From NCBI GenBank assembly GCA_905331295.1, contig CAJNYD010000550.1, forward strand, positions 1 through 48,943: a DNA stretch of 48,943 nucleotides. The letters are read 5' to 3'. Shown here piece by piece: positions 1 through 13,217 of this stretch (position 1 is the stretch's first letter; each line of letters starts with the position of its first letter). The translations under genes were made by a program, and so were the position numbers. This stretch comes from Rotaria socialis. Taxonomy: Eukaryota. The notes beneath the pieces are model-generated. The model was given only the letters and a program-made list of their open reading frames with translations. It was not told the DNA's origin and searched no databases.

Positions 1-192
1 GTCGTCTACAGTCGCCGTATTTTCACGGTAGTCGTAAAAGGCGAACGTTTACGGTCATTGATTACGATTAACGTAATACACCGTAAAACGTCGTATATGA
101 CTGCCGTAAACGGCCACTGTAAACGAATGCCGTTTTCCAACGTAAATGATTGGTGTACGACCGTTTGCGGTCGGGCAGGAACGACCTGGGTA
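1..192. mobile_element. Right end of a CpG-rich MITE-like repeat, truncated by the window edge
   Basis: GC/CpG content is far above background, with recurring CCGTAA/CCGTA/TTACG motifs. It ends abruptly at ...CGACCTGGG followed by TA (possible TA target site). The other terminus is not in the window. Confidence 0.5.
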
Positions 193-567
193 GAGGACTC
201 TACTTTATTATTTATGTGTTTGATTTTTTAGAATAGGATCCATTTATAAATGTTGATCTAAAAGTGCCTAACTTTTAGCGTTTTGATTTTCGTTTTAATT
301 ATGTCAAAATAAAATTTGATCAAAATCCTCTTTTCGGGAATCAATTTGCGAGTCAATGGAAGTAGCTATAAAGATTTTTGGAAAAAATGGTACATCTATT
401 ATCTCGATCCTTTCACTTCACGTTTTAACCAGTTTTTTCTGATGTTCGGTTGTCTACATCATCGCGTCACAAGTTAGCAATATATAATCTGGATGTCGAG
501 TTTAAAAAAAAGGAACAAAGAAAGAAAACTCGCGCAGGACTACATAAATGCTGTGCTTCGCACCGCA

Positions 568-690
568 CTAATAAATATTTCGAAAGTTTCTTAAAAGTGA
601 AATGTCATTTACAACATCACCACTTAAATTTTGCCTTCTCTCTTCCAAAACTCGCCCGTTTGTACTAACAATACGTTGATGTCGAGATGA
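568..690 (-). pseudogene. hAT transposase C-terminal dimerisation-domain fragment
   Basis: Minus-strand translation SSRHQRIVSTNGRVLEERRQNLSGDVVNDISLLRNFRNIY* resembles the hAT motif SERxFSxxGxxxxxRRxxLSxxxVxxxxFL. No intact upstream frame. Confidence 0.65.
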
Positions 691-924
691 TTTCGAAGAT
701 ATTTTTTATTACATTTACATGCACATTTACTAGACAAATAATCAAAAGTGACTGAACTCGTCAGTTTATGTAAAAATAGTACTAAACAATAGGCGATTGT
801 TTTCCGTTCGTTGTTACTCTACCCATTCGATTTAGATTATGATATCACTCTTTATGCGGTTTTTGATCAAAAAGATGTCAGAAATATGTATTAAGTTCTA
901 CTCTATAAAATTTTTATTTGTATG

Positions 925-1091
925 AGCTACACCCTACGTATATCCTAAATATATTTTTTTGTAACCTTACCCTACCCTGCCCTACGAGCTTTATACCCTA
1001 ACCCTGTCCTGCCCTACGAGTTTTGTACCCTAGCCCTATCCTGCCCTGCAGGGCAGGGTAGGGTAGGACAAGGTTGACCTGCAGGACTCTA
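925..1091 (-). mobile_element. Terminus of a hAT-like element with subterminal CCCTRC/CCCTA repeats
   Basis: Dense ACCCTA/CCCTGCCC repeats end in CCTGCAGGACTCTA (TAGAGTCCTGCAGG on the minus strand, a TAG-starting hAT-like TIR). It lies upstream of, and co-oriented with, the transposase fragment at 568-690. Confidence 0.55.
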
Positions 1092-1100
1092 GCCGGCCTG

Positions 1101-1418
1101 CAGGCCAGCAAAAAAAGAATTTATTTTTAAACTGTAGCCTCTCCTGATCCGTCCATATAATATTTACCAAGGTTAACAGACTATGCCAGTTCAAAGTTAT
1201 TGACCTGATTCAAGTCTTTTTTGTATGATCTTTTTGTATCAATTTAATAGTAAATTAATAAAAAAAAAGACAAATTATCATCAATATTTTTCATACAAAA
1301 AAGTCTTGAATCAGGTCAATAACTTTGAGCTGGCATAGTCTGTTAACCTGGTTCAATATTATATGGACGGATCAGGAGAGGCTACAGTTTTAAAAAAAAA
1401 GTTTTTTTTGCTGGCCTG
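1101..1418. mobile_element. Foldback/MITE element with long terminal inverted repeats
   Basis: 1101-1228 (CAGGCCAGC...TTGTATGA) is the near-exact reverse complement of 1291-1418 (TCATACAA...GCTGGCCTG), with a 62 bp AT-rich spacer. No clear TSD. Confidence 0.85.
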
Positions 1419-2576
1419 GTGGCATCTCTGCTCGGTACTATTGTATCGTTTAATGAACATGCAGTTCTTCAATTTGTCATCATCTTTCAGTTTCTTTGAT
1501 AGAAAACACTATTACAATGAAATTTTTCTCATATTATTTAGTTTACTTTTCAGTGCATATCATTTTGTATATTCATTTGAACACTGTTTACGACGAACTG
1601 CATTGTGTTAGTCAAATGATAGACGTCAAATTGAAAGATAACCGATGTAAAATTTATATAATTAACGATGGCCTTATAGATTCATAGTCTACAAGATGAC
1701 AAATACAATAAGCATATTAGATAGAAGCTCAGTTAAAATGAAATGAGAATTCTGACAAAAAACAATGCAGGAAATCTGGCTAGAAACTGGTCTTTGTCAT
1801 TATCAAAGAAAGATGAAGTATATAGACAATAAATGATGTTTTCTAGACTATTGTTTTACAAGAAGAGATATTCCTTTCAATGATTTGCTTGATAGCTATT
1901 ATAGTGTCAGTGGTTTTTTTTTCATACTCTAAATATTAGAACATTTTATTTATGCAAAAACGAATATCTAAACAGAACAAGATTCTTTTTATCTTATCTA
2001 CTCATCAAACAACAAGCAATACAAAATTTGAACTCGTTTATGAATTAGTTATGAATTATTTTCTGTTGGTTTTTACATTAATTAATGCAGTAAAAATGGC
2101 AACTCTTACGTGATTACAATGCCCTGACAGAAGAGCCCATGAGCATTAAATAGCAATGAGAAAACTAAAATTCTATCTCGTGACAACATCCTTCAGACAC
2201 TAAATTAAGTTCCAGAAAGTGCATACTACAAGTTTATAATGACAAAATGACGTAAATTTATGTTGAAAATTCGTACAAGACAAGAACTTGGTAGCTCATA
2301 GATACTGATAAAAATCTATTTTCAATAAAGGCTATTCAAGAAAAAACAAAATATGCTTTTTCGATGACGTTACTCGCCAACGAATAAATATGATAATTAG
2401 AAAACGTTTATTTATTCTTAATAAGATATAACCTAATGTCGCCTTCTATTAGAATATACAAATAGAAACAAAATCTTGTCATTTGATTCTAGTTATTGTT
2501 TATACGTAATAAACGTATAATATATATGATCCTTCTTTTTTTCGCAATTTAATTCTCAATTATATTATAATTAAAA

Positions 2577-2816
2577 TTAAAATTGCGCTCGAAGAGAGCT
2601 TAATTTCTGATGAAGTTGAATCAGTTTAAATAAATTTTGTCTATGAAGTTTTTCTGCTAATGATTGTGGTGTTTCACTTCCATACGTCATGTAAACTATA
2701 CCATCATCCGATGTTGTTGTCCTTAATTGATCAAGTAAATTCCATAGATTCTCACCATTATCATTACTTTGAATAGCTTGAAAAACTTGCCATATAAGAT
2801 CCGGTTTATCAGCCAT
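2577..2816 (-). CDS. Small hypothetical protein (79 aa from ATG 2816) with an ankyrin-like C-terminal motif
   Basis: Open frame with host-like codon usage. ETPQSLAEKLHRQNLFKLI resembles the ankyrin TPLHLAAxxGxxxxVKLL pattern. A splice acceptor at 2861-2860 suggests an upstream exon, so the start is uncertain. Confidence 0.5.
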   Translation of the reverse strand: MADKPDLIWQVFQAIQSNDNGENLWNLLDQLRTTTSDDGIVYMTYGSETPQSLAEKLHRQNLFKLIQLHQKLSSLRAQF

Positions 2817-3544
2817 TAGATTAAATATTGACACTAAATCGATATCAATTGAATGAAGACTAATAATTGTGTATTTGATTGATAGTTAATCGTTTTCAAA
2901 GTATTATTTCATGCTACCATTCGATTGCAAAAATGCAGCATTTTTTCCTGTCGTCTATGCATCGTACAAATCTTTCTCTTGGCAGTTTTTTTCTCTTTAT
3001 AACAAACTACATTATTTATTTTCATCATTCAGTGAAACGATGAAATTATGCTGTACGACGATGTGAACAAGGTCAGGACCAGTGTTGTCGTTGAGCATAT
3101 TTAATCACGAAAAAAAATTACACCAAGGGCATTAAGTATATCCTTGAACATAGGAATATTTAAAAGACATTTATTAACATTAACAAACAATACTTTTTAA
3201 AATGTAATTGACTGAGATGAGTTCATATTTTCATTAAAATTTAAACTCAATTTGAGCGAACGACATACAACTTCAGAAACAAGATATGAAATTGAACACT
3301 ATAATTACAAGTTTACTCTACAATGAATTAAGACGATAAGAAGAATGAAAGAAAAGCAAATATTCGTGTACAGAAAAGTCCCATTAAATATAAATCACGC
3401 AACGAAATAGTCTAACATGTTTAGGGATAATAATGTATGAAGATTAGCGGAAAAAAATAATTCATAAAACTTTTATAACTTTATAGATGTATCGAATTAA
3501 CTAAAGAATTATTTGTTGTTTTACAAATTGTCTTTTACAAACAT

Positions 3545-5412
3545 TTAAGTTGTTGGTAAATCTTTGAACATAACTAATTTCTGTATACATTTATTACTTT
3601 CATTAATTAATGTGATTGTTTGTTGTGGTTGTTGTGATGGTGATATTGTAGTTGATTCTATGTCAGACATAATACTATCAAGATTCTGACGAGACGATGC
3701 ATCAATCATAAGATTATCATGATTTGAAGATGATTTTACTGCTGCTGATGTATTGATACTTGATGAACGTATTCGTAGTTTACTTGTACGATGATTGTAT
3801 TCTTTTCTCGAAGAATTTTGTCTACAACGTGATACAATTATAGTCATTGTTTTATAGAATTCTTCTCGAAAACGTCGATTTGTTAAAACGTATAAAAAGA
3901 AATTGATGGAGAAAAATGTTTGTTGTAAGGTATCAAAAATTAAACCATAAAACATCACGTTACATGGATCTGGATTTGGATCGTGAAAATGCTTTGCAAA
4001 TGTTTGATGAAAATGAAATGGTGAATTTAATAATAAATAAAAAACATTCAAACTAATAAGCATTGCCGATAAATGTATATCACGTGTACGTCTTGAACGA
4101 TGACTTCTATTTATTATATCAGACGTATTTTTTAATGCCACTTGTAATTGATTCTCAATCGATGAATCTGTAGTTGATATTTGTCGATCAATAGCAGCAT
4201 TTTCTTCACGATATTTATGTAAACTTTTTTGAGTTCTACCCATCTTTAAACGTAAACGTGTATGTCGTCGACATTGTATTTGAAAACAAAAACATGAACG
4301 TATATGTGTTTTACTTGCTCTTGTAGGCAAAATATAAGATAATATTCCTTCAGAATTGTGTTGCTTTCTATTCTCTGAAAGACTTCCTTTTGATGGTCGG
4401 TATTTTTCAGCAGTACGCATTCGTATACTTAAACTTCGTATAATGATTATTGTACAAACGATATTAATCAAGAGAGGAAGACCAAAAAATACGACCAATT
4501 CAAATGGTGGATAGATTGTTGTAAGAAAATAAATATAAAGTGTTGCTCTTTGATTTGCACGATAGTCGCATACTACTATTTGTCTTTCATTATCGGAAAC
4601 TAAATTGAGATGAAAAAAACATCTATTGAAATGCTGTTTATCGTGATTGAAATTCTTCCTAATGATGCGTGGGTTTATGAATATTTACTGCTCATTAAAT
4701 TATCGTAAATCCTGTTTTATCTTTTTCTTTTCTATTAAGATGACAACATCTATTTGCAGTCATATGTCTTATTTAAATCTGGCAAGGGTTAGCCGAAAAA
4801 TAGATTTGTTAAATGACAGAAAGTAATTGCTAAATCTTTAATAACAGAAGAAAACAACGTGAATTATTTACCTTCAGAGCCATATTTAATAATCCAATGA
4901 AAATGAAAAACACACAAAATAGTTGCAACAAGAAATTCTTTCATTAATACTAAATGAAATTTTGATTTGGGATATCTTCTACTTGGACAACTTTTGGTTA
5001 CAGTTCGAGCTCGATCAATGTTAACACATATTAATGTAAATAAACTGAAATGTGTTAAAAAATCCGATAGAAAACGATCGAAACGACATGTTATTAAAAA
5101 ATTTTCAGTTAAGATATGAAAATAATATTGAAGCATCCATTTGGAAAAATGTACTAATGATAGTAAACCATTTGATAGGGATAAAAATGCTAGATAAGTG
5201 AATGTCGAATGGCATCGTAATGCACGTCGCATAAGGATAACAAATGCAAGAAAATTGAATATTGAACCGAAAAAGAATAACGCATAATTATGAACAAATA
5301 AGAACGGTCGAGTAATATTGCGTTGTCTTGGACATGGATTTGCTGCTGCTAATGATATTACTATTGTAGCATTGTTTAAAATGCTGGTATGATTTGCTAC
5401 GAGCACACTCAT
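3545..5412 (-). CDS. Class A (rhodopsin-like) GPCR, peptide-receptor-like, about 531 aa, 2 coding exons (5412-4872, 4599-3545)
   Basis: Seven hydrophobic segments; TM1 GSIFN, TM2 LSLSN, TM3 Cys and NIDRA (DRY variant), ECL2 Cys (VVCDY), TM5 FGLP, TM6 LNSP, TM7 NFFLY. A phase-1 GT-AG intron joins the two ORFs in frame. Confidence 0.9.
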
Positions 5413-8400
5413 TTGTAACCAGTTTTCTATCTAAAATTATATTATTAAAGTTATTTTATTTAATTAAAAAGGTACTTTTCTTTTCCGTGTCATCATAAAG
5501 CATGTCATCTATTAACATATAAATGTAAACTAAATGATATTCTGACATTATGCACGCATGTATAATTATATAGAGATAGAAAGACAGGCCTGAAGGAGCA
5601 ATAAGAAGCGAATGACATATTAATAAAGAGAAAAAAATGGAAACTGACAATGGTAAGAATAGAAATATAGAGAAAAATCTGGTGGAGACTTGAAATCTTC
5701 ACATACTAATAGTCGTAAAAGGGCCTTGTCAGAGATGTTTCTTTCGAAAATAATTATCTTGTTTTCTTTTGAGAGAACTTTTGTTGTTAAGTTAATGATG
5801 ACGACTTTTTTCTCTCTCACGCAAACTATGAAGTAATCAAGAAAGTGATAATTTCAATTTTTCTTTTATAAGTAATCTTTTCGATGAGTAAGCCAACGAG
5901 AAAATATTTATAGACCGGTTGCAATACGTCTCTGTTAAAATTCAATAGAACTGCAACAAAAAAAACGACACCAAGAATTTTTAATCCGATTATCAACTAA
6001 CTGAATACATCAAAAGAAAATCGAAAAAATAAGACTTCTATGAATATTAATGAACAAAATTGACGAAATCAAGAGTTAGCAAACGATGCAGAAAAATCTC
6101 AGATGATTCAGTAAAAGAAAAACTATTGATAAAAATGATTAACTAAACAAAGAACTTGTCAATTTATCAATTCATCAATTTATTATAGCACTCAACAATA
6201 TTCCGTTCTATGTATTGCGTGTTTGATTTAATCTTGCCTGATTCACCTTTATTCTTAAGATCATCATCATCATCATCATCTCAAATATCTTTATTATTAG
6301 GTTAAGATTGAACTTCAGATTAGTTTAATATATCGTGCTAAAGAAAAATGAAAGCAAAAACCTCCCGACAAGTTCATTGTGGATAGAATTCAATCAACAT
6401 ATTGTTACAATCTTTCGAAGCACAAAGGCAAAACTTCGCGTTGTTCTTATGGCAGAGAAATATTTTATTGCAAAAAAAGAAGGTTGTCTTTCCATGATTT
6501 TACTTGTCATATGTAATAACATCTTGAGAAAATCTTTTGTGCCGTGGAGGGACTTTAATTACCTACTGGAAGTAAAATCAGATGACACTACTTTTGTATG
6601 TGAGATTCTATAAAAGTGTAAATTTAGTAGACCATTATAATATATTCACAAAATACATACATTGGAACTTCATTGAAAATGTAATATTTCTTTCTTATTC
6701 CTAATGCGATACGAACGGAAGTCTAGTTACTAATTGCTAAAACTCCGTTTATACGCATATTTATTACTTACTTGCTTAATTCGAATGTAATACTGTTGCA
6801 AGTAGCTTTTCTATGTTTTTAGGCTTAAGCATACATTTAGTTGTTGCACAGTGGAAATAGTTACGAAGGTGACCAAAATAAGTATAAAATGATGATTGAT
6901 ATATCTTTACCAAGCATATTCACATTTCCTTGTCAGTTACTCTTACCGTGCTTCCGCAGCAGTTCTAACATCCATAATAACATGAAACTCATACACGAAA
7001 GCATAATCAAAGGGAAAAAAAGGAAAAAAAGATCGCCCTTTTCTTTTATTTATATATATTATTGTTTTCATAAAACACAGAAAAAGAAAAAATAATGTCA
7101 CAGAACGGCAAATTTTCTCACTTATGGATAATAAATAGCATAACGAGTCAAACGAGTGCTGCAAAACAAGTCTAATTTTGATGTTTCCCACCGATATTCA
7201 TTATTCAATCGTGAAAGAGAATAAAAATGAACTGACACATGTTCCATTTTCTTCTTCTTGTTACGATCAATCATGACAGAAAGCATACTGAGATAGTGAA
7301 GAAAGGACTCAGTGCCTTTTGTGGACTCGACCAACTGTTGAAAAAACGATAACGCTTGGTGACAGAACTGCACAATATCTGCAGAGAAAATGTCAAACAT
7401 CATGCAACGAAATCAATCTAATCTAGAATAATGGCTTCGAAAGAAAAACACTGTAGTTCGAATTGAATTATAGTCTTTGTCACGTTAATTGTTCAAAAAT
7501 ACTATTTTCATGTTATTATTACAGACAAACTATAACTAATTACATTGATTCTAAGACCCTTCTAAAAATGTATACTATCAAGATTTTAGGGAAAATATTC
7601 AATATAGAGAGGAGTACTTACCTATCGAAGATGTGTTTCTAGCAGAATTCCTTTTTTGTTTCTATGAACATCTCGTTAAAAATAAGAAGAATTCGGTACT
7701 ACTGGCTGCGCTACTTCACCTATTTTCTATACAATTATCAAAAAATGCAGCATTACTAATAGCTGAAAGCCAATTAACACTTAATTATTCTCAGGCGTCA
7801 GTTCCTTTCTAATCCCATTGTAACCCTGGCTGCTATGAAAGGAATCGTTCCATACCCTCCACGTATGTTTCAAATGTGTGAATATAATCTAGCATCTGAC
7901 AACACTTCTAATTTTCATATTCCGACTGAATAATGAAACTTTTTTCTACTGATTGCTTGAATTCACATCTTGTATATCTTTGTCTTCCTCAGACAAGATG
8001 CTACATCAAGCGCATCTAAATTTTCCGGAGATCTTAGGAAGCATAAATTCAGTGATCTCTTGAAGGGCTCAAGGCCACCGCCTGTTTTACAATCAGTTGA
8101 AGCTCACTACAGTATGCTAGAAAATAGAATCCGACAGATTCTTTTTAATTGAGTTAGATACTTGAAAAGTTTTTCATGTTCAATTAATTTCTCAATGGTC
8201 TTATTCTTTTCGAACGACGTGCGCTTCTTGTCGAAAAAGAGATCTTTATGTTAATACCCACAAACACAACACTTGAATAAATCTATTATTTTAATTAAGG
8301 CTATTATCATGATAAAGTTAAAGTAGATCACGGGAGAAGACAAACAGACATGCACATAAACTAGATGAAGAAATACAATCATTTAATACAGAAAAGATAG

Positions 8401-8452
8401 ACAAAAAAGAAAGATTAATCATTTTCCTGGTCAAAAGAAATCTAAAGTTAAT

Positions 8453-10680
8453 TTATTCAGTGCACATAAGATTATTATTATTATGACTTCCAATGGATAG
8501 GTTCAATGGATGATACTTTTGACATCCTTCCCATTGTTCCCGATTATCATTAGCATTGTGATTTGAAACTGGCGATGATGAACCAGAAGAACCTGAGGGT
8601 GAATGTTGTTGCTGATGAATATTTTCATTAGGAGTTGAATCTTTATATTCATTTGTTGTTGTCCATAAATGCATAAGACGATCAAGATCATGTATTGTAT
8701 TACTATTTCTTCCTTGTTGTACATTGCTCATCACCGAATCATCTTCACGTGTTAGTCGTTTACGTTTATTTGGTTGCCGCCGTTTCAATTCCACAGGATA
8801 CTTTTTCCGTTCATTACAAAACTTATAGTATAATTTTCTTACTAATAACTCAATACTGCCGATAACAGAAATACTATTAGGGTGTCGATCAACAAGACGA
8901 CTGACAATCGAACGTAATTCGTCAGCATTTGGATAACTAAAACAGTGATACGTCGAACAAATATGTCTTTACAAGGAACAACTTACAGTTCATATTTGAC
9001 AATTTCTTGATAGAGCGCTTGAACAAGAGCATTCAACTGATTAGCATCACCATTACCATTCAAGAATGCAGCTATATGCGGTGGGAATCGTGGAATTGGG
9101 ATTCCATCGCTTGGCTTCGGTAATAAATCATACATTATATTGTGTTGACTACCATTTAAATTGTCAATTTGATGCATTGGTGAAACCCTAAATATGAAAC
9201 ACTATGTTTCCTGTCCAAAACGAATTGATTAACCTACGTGATACCAGGTTCCTCATAGGACTTTGATGGCAAATCTTCATCTCGGTGATTGTCACTAAGT
9301 GATGGTTGTAGCGGTATGGGTGTAATTGAGCGAACCATTGTTGGAATTGTTGTTGAAAATATTGGTGTTGTTGGACTTTTTGATGTTACTGATGGTGAAT
9401 TCCCAGTTGAATTTACCTCTTTCTCACTAGAACAGACATATTTTCCTGCTTAAAAATCGTAGCACATAATAAAGATTCATGGTTGACATCAGCATGAGAT
9501 TACTGAATTAATTTGCTATTCACACAGGCAGTTGTATGAAATAACGACTCAGTGCACCTTTTGACAAAATCTTATCTATCTAATTACAGCTCCATAGTGA
9601 TATTACACAAGAAAAAATTTAGTTTTGTAGAAAAACGCTTTCTAGTGAATGCAATTATCTAGTATAATTAGTTTTTACAGGAAGCCATCTATTATGCGAG
9701 TTTTTCTTCTCTACTTAGACATCTCTTGGTCTACTTATTTTCCATAAAACGGAAGATGTGATGATATTTGAATAGTGAAATAAAAACATCGAAACTAGTA
9801 GAACATTGTCCAAAAGTCTGACAAAAGACTTACATCAATACTTGAAGACGCCCTTCGAATGGAAGTTTCTTATAGGATTCTATGTCAATATACTCTTGAT
9901 ATTGTTCATTCCATATTTGAATAATTAAAGATGATTTTGGTATTTGAAATTCTTGAACTATATTTGGAAAGAAAAATGTCACGTATAATTTTCAATTAAA
10001 AAAAAATCATTTTTTTACTGATTAATTGTTTCAAATGTTCGTGCGCAATACCATTTTGTTGACTGTAATATTCACTTGATGTTGGTACTTCGATTAAACG
10101 ATTTCGTTGATTAAATCGGCATAAGTACGCCATCGATGTGCATCTAAAATCGACAAAAAAATAAGAATCGATCTAGTTTTTATTTACGATTTTCAAATGA
10201 AATTTTCTACCTTTTAGCTGCACTTTGGGCTTTCAAAATCGATAAATTATTCAAATTAGAACTGTTAAGTAAAGATGAATTATCAATAAACGATGAACTA
10301 TTTTGAGTGTTATTATGTGAATTGTTATTAGTATTAGTATTCGTATTATTGTTGTTGTTGTTGTTGTTAGCTAATGTTTGATAAAATTGTAGTAATGCTG
10401 CAACATTATCTCTATCGACTGGTTTCAATGCAGCAGCTAAACGAAGATTCAGTGCTTTTTGTTGTTGAATTAAATTTGGATCATTGGGAATGTTTTCTTT
10501 TATTGATGATGTCGACGGTGGAGGAGCTGGTATTGGCATTTGTGAATTATTATTATTATTATTATTATTTACAAGTGCATTCAAAGTTTTTGTCAATAAC
10601 AAATGATTTGTTATTGAACTTAATTCACGTATTGGTTTTTTATTATTTAATAGTGAGGAGGGTGGTGATGATGATGACAT
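8453..10680 (-). CDS. Putative nuclear protein, about 530 aa, 6 exons (10680-10211, 10143-10019, 9957-9834, 9426-9238, 9187-8987, 8936-8453): Asn-rich N-terminus, PB1/ubiquitin-like domain, SAMD3/BEN-like helical domain
   Basis: All five GT-AG junctions keep the frame (total 1593 nt). Motifs: IIQIWNEQYQEYIDI, PIPRFP...LYPNADELRSIVSRLVDRHP...KLYYKFCNERKK, basic PNKRKR and C-terminal PLNLS. The gene model is solid; the family call is from memory of motifs only. Confidence 0.75.
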
Positions 10681-12479
10681 GATGCTGTTGCAGTTGTTGT
10701 TGTTGTTGTCGTCTTTGTTTGCTCAAGAAATAAGATGTTACATGTAGTAGAATAGCAGATGGAAGTGAACGAAGAAGAAATTTGTCAAATATGTATTATA
10801 TGGACGGACGAAAAAAGGAAAAAAAAAGGCGAAACATAACTGACGTAAACGGTCAAATTGTGTAATGTAACCGTATAGACAATGAAGAGAGAACACCACT
10901 GATCATATTGGCGTCTATTGTTTTCAATTGAACAATGTGCGTATACAGTTTAAGAAAAAGAAGAAAAAGAACGTTAAAGTCTACCATTTCTTTTTTATCT
11001 GATTGGTAGTGACGAAGATTTTAAGTTAAACAAGAGAAGAATGCCTTTGTGTATACAATTGAACTATTGTGTAGGATTACAATTGGTATTTAATTAGCAT
11101 ATTTGAATAATAAAATCATGGAAGCGAATCCAAAAGTTTAATGGAAATTTAGTATACATGTCATTTCAAATATCAGTAATTGTCTTTGAAAGATTGAATT
11201 ATTATGTAGATGAATCAAAAGCTTTTCAGATGTAGGGAGTTTGTTTGATGGAAACATATTTCAGTAGAAAAACATAACATTATATGATCTATATCGCTCG
11301 AGTCATGAAAGGCAGTTACACTTAGAAAGCTGCTGAGGATGGTAGTATGAAAAATTGTACACGTCAATGAAAGTTATGATATACTACTATGATATGGTTC
11401 TACTAATTGAATTAAATTAAGAGTAGTTTTTTTTTATTTAAATAATTTATTTATTATTCATTAGAGGCGACAATTTTAAATCAAATAGAACAATTAATGA
11501 AAATTCATATTTATCATAGGAATGACTTACTTTAGATTTTTCATATCAATAGAATGTACTTGATAACGATTATTAGTTGATGTAGATAAAGTTGTTTGAT
11601 GAATTAATGAAGAATTATCATTGGATGAAATAATAAAATGATTCACAAAAGACATTTTTCTATTTATTCATCTCACTATTCAATGTCAAATGAAATAGAA
11701 GAACCAGTTTTTTTCCATCGAAAAAAAAATGCTACATATGAAATAACAAACAGCGTATCCTTTATCGTTTTTTGACTGTATATTGTCGACATTGTTCGTG
11801 TCGTTAACAAATATATCTATAGCAATTTAATACATCCGACATTACCTGTGATACATGCATGTACAGAGGAAGAACTGTGTGCCAGAATAAAACCATAAGC
11901 AATGATGAGTGAATGACACGACAGAAAAATTCAACGAAAAAGAGGAACAATAAATAGACCACTACGTAATGTATGAATATTGATCTCAGATTTACATCTA
12001 CATATGATTGAATCTAATATTGTAGGAAGAGTTTGAAAATTGCAAACAAAAATGAGCAGAAAATATGGTTTTAATGTAGTTTTATTTTGTCCAAAAAACA
12101 AAACGATATCTACGAGTTTTTTTTAATAATATTTTTCATTTATGCACTGCTTCGCTACTCGCAAGAATAAGTATATGATTATGTATTATTATATGATTTA
12201 GTCCAGTGGAATACGATGACATACAATCTATGAATTAAAAATTTCTAATGAACCGAGAAATGATGAAATCATTCGTTATTATTATTATTATTATTATGAA
12301 TAGTACTAAATTGGCTACTTCATCAACAATAACATCTATAGTAAATGATAGTGATGTATCAATATGTCATGTTGTTTTTCATATACTAGTTATTACAGTT
12401 GAGAGTACCCGGAAATTTCGTCTGCATATAGTTGGTACCGGAAGCAAAAGTTTCTAGGTCAATTGACACATTGAAATTA

Positions 12480-13217
12480 ATTATTCAATCCTGCGGTTAC
12501 AGCTGATTCATATACAATTTCAAATCGATAAAATTATGCATTCTGTATTCCTGTCGAATCCTTCAAATGATTTTATGTATCCTTAATTAGAACATGACCA
12601 GCTAATAAATTATCTGATTGATAACCTACATTTGTTAGGCATGCTTTTATATTTTTAAATATCACGAAGACTTATTGTTGCATTGATATCAATGTAAAGA
12701 ATAAATTCATGGATCTACCGGCAAACCATTATTCTCAATGAAGACCCTATTGTCAATATTTTGTTAAATATTGACAGATTACACTTATCGGAAAATCTGT
12801 GATATTCTTTATTTAATATAACGAGTAATTTCGCTTTTGAATACTATTTTTAACGTAAAAGGAAGACATCTTTGAATCGCCTTGATTAACACCAAAAAGA
12901 AAAGAATGCATTTGAACCGACAGAATTCACATTTACTACATTATTTATGTTAAAGGTATTTCTTTAGTCCAATAGTATAGATCAACATTATATAATCTTG
13001 TATGAGAACAGAAGCTCTAATAGGATTGGTTATAGTCAACATTGTCACCAAGTTCATTAGCATTGTAACTTGTTGATAGGATACATGTAGAATTTGAAGT
13101 CTAGACATTGAAAATAAGTTTAATAGGTACTTGAGAATGAGGTGTGGTCGTTTTTTTTTTGCATTTTTGACATTGAAAACTGCTAATGTCATAGAATAAA
13201 AATCAACAATTAATAGC
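12480..13217 (-). pseudogene. Possible decayed coding sequence with CxxC motifs
   Basis: Minus-strand protein-like stretches interrupted by stops and frameshifts (FQCQKC..., KCEFCR..., NLLAGHVLIK), starting after a TTTTAG acceptor near 13218. Identity not established. Confidence 0.2.

Noticed and set aside
450..668. 72 aa plus-strand ORF
   Set aside because: Non-ATG start; it is the antisense shadow of the hAT fragment.
925..1065. CCCTAA/CCCTAG-like repeats as telomeric sequence
   Set aside because: Irregular, not a tandem array, and they end at a TIR-like sequence, so better explained as subterminal repeats.
1363..1687. Two overlapping plus-strand ORFs
   Set aside because: The first starts inside the foldback repeat; AT-driven composition and no motifs.
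5456..7403. Several 60-93 aa ORFs upstream of the GPCR
   Set aside because: F/L/I/K-rich chance frames with no splice or motif support.
7690..8152. Slightly GC-richer, protein-like plus-strand fragments
   Set aside because: Frequent stops and no recognisable motif; cannot support a call without a database search.
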